Assembly (NCBI GenBank): GCA_032128875.1
Contig: JAVLKG010000002.1
Coordinates: 960,001-1,024,000 of the forward strand
Length of the DNA: 64,000 bases
Origin: Candidatus Melainabacteria bacterium 17Bon1m
GTDB taxonomy: Bacteria; Cyanobacteriota; Vampirovibrionia; Obscuribacterales; Obscuribacteraceae
Direction of reading: 5' to 3'
This document shows positions 8,901-15,497 of the stretch, piece after piece. Below the pieces are notes generated by a model. That model was not told where the DNA came from. It worked only from the letters and a program-made list of their open reading frames with translations, and ran no database searches. Each line of letters opens with the position of its first letter. The stretch's first letter is position 1. A program made the translations under genes and the position numbers.

Positions 8901-11313
8901 CGAATTCTCCAACACCTTGAACGGTCAAACGACCGGTGGCGGACCCGCTGCAGACAAAGCGTGGATGAACACGCAAATCAACGCACGCAAAGACCTGGCT
9001 TCCTTCTATGTTCGACTGGTAACCGACATAGATGAGAAGGGTCAGCCGATCATGAAGTCGGATGGCAAGCCTAGATACGTGCCCGACGCTTCCAAAGTCT
9101 TCAAGCCCGAAGAAGCGATGAAGGCAATAGACGAAGCAAAAGCGAAGTATAAGGAATTGCATGGCACCGATCTGGATAAAGATCCTGCCAAAGATCCGAC
9201 TCTGGCAGAATTGGCTAAAGGTATTTACGACAATAGCCCTGCCGAACTGCAGAAGAAGTACCAGAACGTTTCACGCTACTGGGATGAAGCGAAAGCAAGC
9301 ATTCCAACATTGGTCGCCGGCGTCGGCTCAGCTCTTTTGTTGGCCAAGTTCAAGCCATTGAGACCACTTATTGGCGAAAGTGCAGCCGCAACCTGGGGTA
9401 CCGCACTTGTCGGTGGATCTGGTGTCGCATCAGTGACGCACCACACCATGATGAACAACGTGCTTGGTCGTGAAGACAATACGTGGGGCAGAAGTATTGC
9501 CACCGGTACAGGTCTCACACTCGGCGGCGTCGGACTTATGAAAGTACCGAAGATGCTCTTCCGTAATGCCGATGATGTAGCTATGGCTTCTGTTATCGAA
9601 CGCGGCGGCGCCGGCGGTATGAAGTTCCATCCTGCTGTAGAAGGCGCAGCTCCTAAGCTGATGAACCTTGATGAACTCAAGGCTGCCAAAGACCTTCTCG
9701 GAACGAAGCAGGCAAGTATGACTGCCGAAGCGTTTGCAGCAGAGTCCAAGCAACTTGATTCACTGATAAGAGCCAGCCAAAACCGTGATGCTCTATGGGC
9801 ATTACAGGCAGGCAAGAATGGTGCCAAACTTACAGGCGGCTTTGATGCCGAATTGGCTAGAGCTGCAACTGGCGCAGATAAAGCCGCTTTGGTCGACAGA
9901 CTGGGCGGCGCCGTCAAGAAATTCGCACCGGAATTGAGACTTGCTCAAGAAGCGCCTAAGTACGGCGAAATTCTTGCGCAAAGAGGTGGCATTGTCGTCA
10001 AAGATCAAGCCATCGTTGAAAAACTGATTGCCGCTGATCTGCCGGTCATCAGAACCGCTGCCGGTGAGAACGTCCTGGCGATGAGAACAGCCGGCGAACT
10101 CGAGGCGGCACTCAAAGCAATTCCAAATATCGAGCCCAAACTGCTCGGTGCTAAGAATCTGAAGACTGCAACAGCGCAAGCGACTAAGATGCTTGATGAT
10201 TTGGCTGCCACCGGTCTGAAGGGCGACGACTTGCTCGCTCCAGCTCTGAAAAATGCCACACTGGAAAATCAGGCGCAGCTCAATCTCTTGCGTAATCTGG
10301 TTCCGGAAGCGGCAGCAGAAGCTAAATTGGCAGGACGTTTCGGCGGCGTTGCTCAATTGGAAAGAGAGGGCTTGCTCTCCAAAGGTTACGGATTTGCCAC
10401 CGGTAAGTTTGGAGCTCCTATCATCGGTACGACCGCTGGGTTCGGACACGAACTATACAGTTCGAATGCCGAAAACAGAGACTTCAGCTTCGGCAACGCA
10501 GCAGTCAAATCGGCACTCGTTGCCGGCGGACTCTGGGGAGGCGGCAAAGTCATCGAATATGGACACGGTATCGTTAAGCCGATGGGCGCTAAGACTTTCG
10601 CTGATCTCGGTCACTCGCGCTTCATGGCCGGATCTGCCGGCGGAGCCGCCTTCTACTCGGGTTCCAACTACTTACCTGCATGGCAGCACATGTACGGTGG
10701 AGAAGGTAATCTCGATCCGAAGACAGGTAAGCCTTACGAATTCAACTTCAGCAACGCCATCGTTGCTCCAGCCTGGAAAGACGCCGGAGACAACATCTTC
10801 GTCAGCTCCTTCCTGCTGGGCGGTATGGCTGCCAAACCGGGTCAAGCAATTTTGGCTCAAGCTCCTTGGGCTAATTCGAGAATGCTCTGGAAGCCTTTCT
10901 CTGCAGCCGGCGGCGTATTCACCGGTTCTACCTGGAACTACCTGGGCGCTCGCTCCATGCCTGTTCTAGGAGAAATCGGACCAGCGCTGAGCACCAACAT
11001 GGCAATGGGCCAGTTCGAGTTGCTCAACAATCTCTCCAACAGAGACGCTGGTCGCCAATACACCGATGCCTTGAAGATGAAGGACCAGCAGATCACCGAC
11101 GAGTCGCCTGAAGCGATTCAGAAACGTCTGGCTGACTTGAAAGCGCAGCAAGAAAAACAGCAGCAACAGCAGCAACAACAACAGCAAGAACAGCAAAAGC
11201 AACAACAACAGAAGAAGCCAGATGCCCAACCAGGTACCCAGCAAGGGACTGAGCAAGGCAATGGAAATCAGCCTCGTCCGGAAAATCCGGACTTGACCGG
11301 CGGCGTTCAATAA
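5917..11313 (+). CDS. Giant hypothetical protein (~1798 aa): helical/coiled-coil TPR-like N-terminal two-thirds, Gly/Ala-rich hydrophobic C-terminal region, poly-Q tail
   Basis: 5.4-kb ORF with strong codon bias; GAGGT RBS at 5905-5909 before ATG 5917 (MVEGNQ). Confidence 0.9.
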   Translation: MVEGNQVPGGEEIGTRRDVVAENNVQPAADRWQEDYQRTVGFQPQDGTSERQQVAAGYDRNLGYDRIAVGNTALGQRIDNITNLLAMGERSAGNLQDVNRFYGRAQKEADDLFSVAAQNVMKGREDYRAILSAKSPQEVFQGVEASIQKQTQVLQQQLQQERDPARARRLEQILAMEQERAQTLERMKQTNNPQELNRLLMYDAFSAQRIDLSQKMMNERDPNQVRLMAEAEQNLHTVQRAPGFTRANYGMLLMRMGQYDPNRPDNAALRALQDAASVDPEMVPNPNSADPARRMGDPNFMRVASDITRMSPDDPNFARAMAPIFNRDINRSPSPLQAAENTNPNARYSQVQEQPYQPARDGGNRPLEQQRVTDQTQGVTPLVNGKTPFQRVQELGKVVEAQGLTPDVRQAYVSAIQDSDKGTSPRVAELQAQLAQLEQKQQALAQKVQEVQQSPEIAQLVQSGMAKLKARPEAEQQQLKALTEQLQKTQDKAEREKLLGDINKICPEFVQVTKLLEQKLKPFTDELQQIQQQGAALTNDLIGEMNQSSATRMEYAEKLMKSDKPEDKEAAKQLLIESVAKAKPEQREAFAQYAQQLGLTKQELEQGLAKIPQAQVERSATQPGAQPGVETGERTGAGKLIDENKKAFDAAQDKKAKLAEMQGSFKKAITDADKEFADAETRYNALDAAHTKAANDMPAEDKAKFQKMLTQGTPDAEKQALQQELSTKYANIVQMETEMKAIKDGALDLALNKFEARYEFARASNLGGDDATAKAMMSEGIKTLTKDVGTELTAKVMEDPGVADVAKKLGVDANALMKEAAAEAPAAQPGSDTAGATGDLQGTLRVANARMQKGDIAGAKQAYESAIKMVDASFNPDENNRKIKEAQDLLEKGNLTIEQRLQKQQEIAGYFNQAYQAFDIRSGYARILAHPNYNQNAAAEAAFKDAVAAADKVPVQAMKRQIGLLANDIGTFQTAYEQATGDRKTQIEQAQAFLSEFSNTLNGQTTGGGPAADKAWMNTQINARKDLASFYVRLVTDIDEKGQPIMKSDGKPRYVPDASKVFKPEEAMKAIDEAKAKYKELHGTDLDKDPAKDPTLAELAKGIYDNSPAELQKKYQNVSRYWDEAKASIPTLVAGVGSALLLAKFKPLRPLIGESAAATWGTALVGGSGVASVTHHTMMNNVLGREDNTWGRSIATGTGLTLGGVGLMKVPKMLFRNADDVAMASVIERGGAGGMKFHPAVEGAAPKLMNLDELKAAKDLLGTKQASMTAEAFAAESKQLDSLIRASQNRDALWALQAGKNGAKLTGGFDAELARAATGADKAALVDRLGGAVKKFAPELRLAQEAPKYGEILAQRGGIVVKDQAIVEKLIAADLPVIRTAAGENVLAMRTAGELEAALKAIPNIEPKLLGAKNLKTATAQATKMLDDLAATGLKGDDLLAPALKNATLENQAQLNLLRNLVPEAAAEAKLAGRFGGVAQLEREGLLSKGYGFATGKFGAPIIGTTAGFGHELYSSNAENRDFSFGNAAVKSALVAGGLWGGGKVIEYGHGIVKPMGAKTFADLGHSRFMAGSAGGAAFYSGSNYLPAWQHMYGGEGNLDPKTGKPYEFNFSNAIVAPAWKDAGDNIFVSSFLLGGMAAKPGQAILAQAPWANSRMLWKPFSAAGGVFTGSTWNYLGARSMPVLGEIGPALSTNMAMGQFELLNNLSNRDAGRQYTDALKMKDQQITDESPEAIQKRLADLKAQQEKQQQQQQQQQQEQQKQQQQKKPDAQPGTQQGTEQGNGNQPRPENPDLTGGVQ
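11146..11211 (+). repeat. CAG/CAA poly-glutamine tract in the tail of the giant protein
   Basis: Encodes QQEKQQQQQQQQQQEQQKQQQQ. Confidence 0.9.
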
Positions 11314-11317
11314 AATC

Positions 11318-11343
11318 GTGGCTTCTGCTTGCGTAGAAGCCAC
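11318..11343 (+). terminator. Strong hairpin after the giant ORF (terminator or 3' stabiliser; weak U-tract)
   Basis: GTGGCTTCT-GCTTGCGT-AGAAGCCAC, perfect 9-bp stem 4 nt after the stop. Confidence 0.55.
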
Positions 11344-11592
11344 ACTGATTCCTGAAATTCGTGGAGGCGAATTATCAAAACGGGGTTATATTATAGATAA
11401 GATTTTTTATCTGGAGATTCCTGACTAAGGAACCTCCGGATAGCTACTTAAGGGACCCAGGAAAGCAAATTGAGCAGCGGAGATTTAGCCCAAAACAGCC
11501 AGAGAGTGTCCAGAAAGTTTGTATCCCGTATACATGCAGACAAGCACCTTTGCGCTACCAAATTTGCTCTCCGAAAAGAGGTTACTACCTAA

Positions 11593-14500
11593 ATGGTTGA
11601 ACGAAATCAGTACGAGCCAAGTCTGAAGCCCATCAATCAGGGCGACGTCCAAGGTGAAGGTGAAAACCAGAACACCGAAAACGCCCAATTGACGTATTCA
11701 GATGTTATGCGTGCCAAATACGAAGCACCGCAACGCGCCGAGACTCAACAAGTTTCCGATCGTACTAATGTTTCCGACGTCAAAGATCCGGACATCATCA
11801 AAGCTTTCACTCTGGTAGACAATGCCAAAGAAGCATCGATGCTTCTCAATATTCAAGAAAGCAAACAGCCCGACAACACAAAAGTTGAGATGGCTGATGC
11901 TAATGGTCGTCCATTTACTATTACTCTTGGCGAACTCAAGCAAAAGCTCATTGAAGATTTGACAAAGAATTCTGATTTTAAAGGATTCAACGATGCTGGT
12001 CAGCTGAGAGAATTCATCAGCAAGTCTACAGACGCCGCGCTTACTCTCAGCACACAAACCAGAGAGAAGTACGAGGCAAAATCAAGAGAGAGCGATACCA
12101 ACGTCAATGCTCGCAACGAGTTGGCTAAGCAACTTGGTTTTCAACCAACCACCCGTGAAATTCCGGACGGCAATGGCGGCAAGAAGTCCGTAACCTCTTA
12201 CGATATTACTCAAAAGGATATCGATGCCCGTTTGGCTACAACCACAGATGCTGGTCAGAAAGCCAACCTCGAAAAGCTCAAAGGTCTTTTGACCAATTAC
12301 GACAGTATTCAAAAAGAACGCAACGCACTTTCGGCCGTTGACGTTACCGCTGCTCAGTTGATGATGGGCGGTTTCACTCACAAGGCCGGTGAGCAAACTC
12401 TCGAAGGGTTGCCTGCAACCAGAAGCGAAGTTATGCGCTCTTACGAGATCATGAACAAGGCCGGTCGCGGCAACGCTCAACTCGAGCAGACTCCTCAGTT
12501 CCAAATGGTGAAGGAGCAATCCAGCGCCATGTACGCCGACATCCAACTGCAACGCAGCAAAGATGCCGTCAATGCGCTGCAGGAAGCAGACAAATTGAGA
12601 GTCGCCGGCAAGCCCACCGAAGCTCAAGCAAAGTACGAAGAAGCCCTTCAGAAAGTGAAAGGCGTCGACATGGCAACGATTACCACTCAGTGGCAATCGC
12701 AAATGAGAGAGTTCAATACTGTTCAAGAGAAATTGACCGCGCTCGGCAATCCTCCTTCCAATCCGCAAGAAGCGCAGCGTCTTGCTACCGAACTTCAACA
12801 GCGCCAACAAATCGGTTTGCAACTCGAGCAAATCATTCAAGTCGGCAAAGAAGTAAAAACCGAATACGCACGTTTTCTCAATGAGCAAGGCAAGCCTGGC
12901 GAAGCGCTTCCGCTCTTGACCAGCGTCGCTTCCGGAACTCCTCAAGAATTGCTCGCCGGTGATACTACTTTCACCGAGCAGTTGGAAAAAGCTCAAAGCC
13001 TCGGCTCGATCACCAGCGGTGATGCCGAAAAGCACCGCGTCCTTTATGAACAAGCGATGGCTTCCAAAGATTGGACGACTGCCGAGCGCGAAATGGCTGC
13101 TCTCAAAGCTGCTTCAACCAAAGCATCTGAAGCCACCATCCAAGGTGCCAAAGATCGCGTCGCCGTAATGGACAAGAGACAAGCAGAGCTCAAGGCCGAA
13201 GCGGAAGACTTGAAAAAGAACACCACTATGGATGCTGATGCAAAAGCTCTTCGTCAACAACAAATTGATGCAGAGTTGAAAGGCTACGATGTTCTGCGCA
13301 AAGGGTTGTCCGATGGAATTCCGGCTGCCGAGAAAGCTGCTAAAGAGCATGCTAATCAGCTTCGCTACATGGAAGGCATCATTGCTTATTCCAAAGAAGA
13401 CAAAGAAACAGCACACAAAATCTTCAAAGAACTGGAAGCAGAAGCGCCAGAAATCGCCAGCAACAAAGACTACCAATTGGATGCTTTGCTCGAAGACACT
13501 CGCAAGAAAGGCTGGCTCGAGCGTCACTGGGATACGATTGTGAGCGTAGGCAAGATTGTTGCCGTAGTTGGTGCAATCGCTGTTGCCGGTGCAGTCACCG
13601 GTGGTGTCGGAGCAGTCGCACTCGCTGGTGCACTCGGCGCCGCTGGCGTATTCACTGTCGGCGCTGTCGGACACGGTGTTGCCAAAGCCAACGACTGGAA
13701 GTCCACAGACAACTATCACAACTGGAGACCAGGACAAGATTTGCTTATGGGTGCAGCCGGCGGCGCCGGCGGTGCTGCATTGCAAGGACTGTTCGCTGCC
13801 GGCGGAACCGCTGGTTTGGGCGGCAGAATGGTGGCAGCCGGCGGCAGAATTGCTGCAGCAGAAGGCGGCGCAACATTCGGCTCGACAGCTCTCAATGTAG
13901 GCGGCAACGCTCTCATCAGAGGCACTCAACTGGCATCACAAGCCACCACCTTCAAGGGTGCTCTCACCGTGGGTGCTACCTACGGATATGGCGGCGAAGC
14001 AGTAAACTCGTTGACTACCGGAAAACAATTCAGCTTTGGCGATGCCACCAGCAAGACTGCTGGCATGAGCACAGCCCTCTTCTTAGCCGGCAGGACTGGT
14101 GGACTTGGTTCATTCAAGGGCTCGATGGTATACGGCGGCGTCCGAACCGTAGAAGAGCAAGGCAGAGATGTTGTACACGGCAAAGACATCAGTCAAGCGG
14201 CTATGGACAGTCTTGGCAGCTTCGGAAAACACAGCTTCGACGCATTTGCAGTCGGCACCATCGCCAATATGAACGCCGCAGCGCAAGCCGGCAGATTCCA
14301 ATTGGCAAGAGCATTGCCCGAAGGTCAAGCGCTCAACTGGAATTCTGCTCGTCAGTTTGCGGTCAACCTGCCAGGTGCAACCGGCAGCAACCTCCTGTCG
14401 CAAGGCAGATTGGTGTTCAAAGAAGGCATGACCATGACCGGCAAGCAAGGCGCCGTTGTGGGCGCGCTCGGTACCGGACTTGTAGGCTGGCAAGTGCACC

Positions 14501-14643
14501 AAGGTGATGTTGCTTACGATGAAAGCCGCACTGCCAAGACCTGGGATACTCAGGATAATATGACCCGCATGAGAATGAACCAAACAATGGAAGCACTCTC
14601 AAAACCAGTGCCAAAACCGGTCATCAGACGTCCGCAACCGTAA
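11593..14643 (+). CDS. Large hypothetical protein (1016 aa): coiled-coil/TPR-like N-half, glycine-zipper hydrophobic C-half
   Basis: 3-kb ORF; GAGG RBS; hydrophobic block VGKIVAVVGAIAVAGAVTGGVGAVALAGALGAAGVFTVGAVG. Confidence 0.9.
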   Translation: MVERNQYEPSLKPINQGDVQGEGENQNTENAQLTYSDVMRAKYEAPQRAETQQVSDRTNVSDVKDPDIIKAFTLVDNAKEASMLLNIQESKQPDNTKVEMADANGRPFTITLGELKQKLIEDLTKNSDFKGFNDAGQLREFISKSTDAALTLSTQTREKYEAKSRESDTNVNARNELAKQLGFQPTTREIPDGNGGKKSVTSYDITQKDIDARLATTTDAGQKANLEKLKGLLTNYDSIQKERNALSAVDVTAAQLMMGGFTHKAGEQTLEGLPATRSEVMRSYEIMNKAGRGNAQLEQTPQFQMVKEQSSAMYADIQLQRSKDAVNALQEADKLRVAGKPTEAQAKYEEALQKVKGVDMATITTQWQSQMREFNTVQEKLTALGNPPSNPQEAQRLATELQQRQQIGLQLEQIIQVGKEVKTEYARFLNEQGKPGEALPLLTSVASGTPQELLAGDTTFTEQLEKAQSLGSITSGDAEKHRVLYEQAMASKDWTTAEREMAALKAASTKASEATIQGAKDRVAVMDKRQAELKAEAEDLKKNTTMDADAKALRQQQIDAELKGYDVLRKGLSDGIPAAEKAAKEHANQLRYMEGIIAYSKEDKETAHKIFKELEAEAPEIASNKDYQLDALLEDTRKKGWLERHWDTIVSVGKIVAVVGAIAVAGAVTGGVGAVALAGALGAAGVFTVGAVGHGVAKANDWKSTDNYHNWRPGQDLLMGAAGGAGGAALQGLFAAGGTAGLGGRMVAAGGRIAAAEGGATFGSTALNVGGNALIRGTQLASQATTFKGALTVGATYGYGGEAVNSLTTGKQFSFGDATSKTAGMSTALFLAGRTGGLGSFKGSMVYGGVRTVEEQGRDVVHGKDISQAAMDSLGSFGKHSFDAFAVGTIANMNAAAQAGRFQLARALPEGQALNWNSARQFAVNLPGATGSNLLSQGRLVFKEGMTMTGKQGAVVGALGTGLVGWQVHQGDVAYDESRTAKTWDTQDNMTRMRMNQTMEALSKPVPKPVIRRPQP

Positions 14644-14707
14644 CTTCATTTATATCTGAGTCCGAGTCGGACAATCTTGTATAAGCGCATGACTTATACT
14701 GGAGGAC

Positions 14708-15466
14708 ATGCCGCATCTTTCGGTAATCATTCCGGCTTACAACGAAGAAAAGAGGTTGCCGACTACGCTCGAGTCGGTGCATGCTTTCTTGTCTGAAACC
14801 GGTCAAGACTTTGAAATAATCGTTGTTGACGACGGCAGCAGCGATAATACAAAGGCGGTTGTCAACGACTTTGCGGGTACGCACTGCAGCGTCAGGTTGA
14901 TTGCGCATACACCGAATATGGGCAAAGGATATTCAGTGCGTGAGGGTATGCTCAAAGCGCAGGGAGAATATCTCCTGCTTGATGATGCTGACGGTGCTTC
15001 GCCGATTGCTGAAGTCGTGCGACTGCTGAGCGCAATTGAAGCTGGGGCCGATGTGGCGATTGGCTCACGTGCTAAGCCAGGCGACGAAACTGTTGTGAAG
15101 GCTCTCTCTCACCGCAAACATATCGGCAATACATTCAATTTGATTGTTCAATCGTCATTGCTGCCGGGGATACAAGACACGCAATGCGGTTTCAAACTTT
15201 TTAAGCGAGATGTTGCCATGGATTTGTTCTCGATTGCGAGATTGAACCGCTACGCTTTCGATGTGGAAATACTCTATCTGGCAAGAATGAAAGGCTATGA
15301 GATTGCTGAAGTGCCAATCAATTGGACCAATGTCGAAGGCTCCAAAATAAATCTCGTGACTGATCCTATGAGTATGCTTTTTGAAATCGGCAAAGTAATT
15401 CTTGGGCGTATGCTTGGAAGTTATGGCAAATTGTCGAAGTCCAAGCAACGGCCGTCCGACGGCTAA
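14708..15466 (+). CDS. GT2 glycosyltransferase, dolichyl/polyprenyl-phosphate glucosyltransferase-like
   Basis: LSVIIPAYNEE, VVDDGSSD, NMGKGYSVREG, DADGA, DTQCGFKLF, FDVEIL; GGAGG RBS. Confidence 0.92.
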   Translation: MPHLSVIIPAYNEEKRLPTTLESVHAFLSETGQDFEIIVVDDGSSDNTKAVVNDFAGTHCSVRLIAHTPNMGKGYSVREGMLKAQGEYLLLDDADGASPIAEVVRLLSAIEAGADVAIGSRAKPGDETVVKALSHRKHIGNTFNLIVQSSLLPGIQDTQCGFKLFKRDVAMDLFSIARLNRYAFDVEILYLARMKGYEIAEVPINWTNVEGSKINLVTDPMSMLFEIGKVILGRMLGSYGKLSKSKQRPSDG

Positions 15467-15497
15467 AACGCAGGTTCTTGCCAATCAGGCAGCAGTA

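Noticed and set aside
7156-14583. Long antisense ORFs within the giant genes (e.g. 12082-13053, 13114-13929, 7834-8499)
   Set aside because: These are shadow frames produced by codon bias of the sense genes, with no protein motifs.
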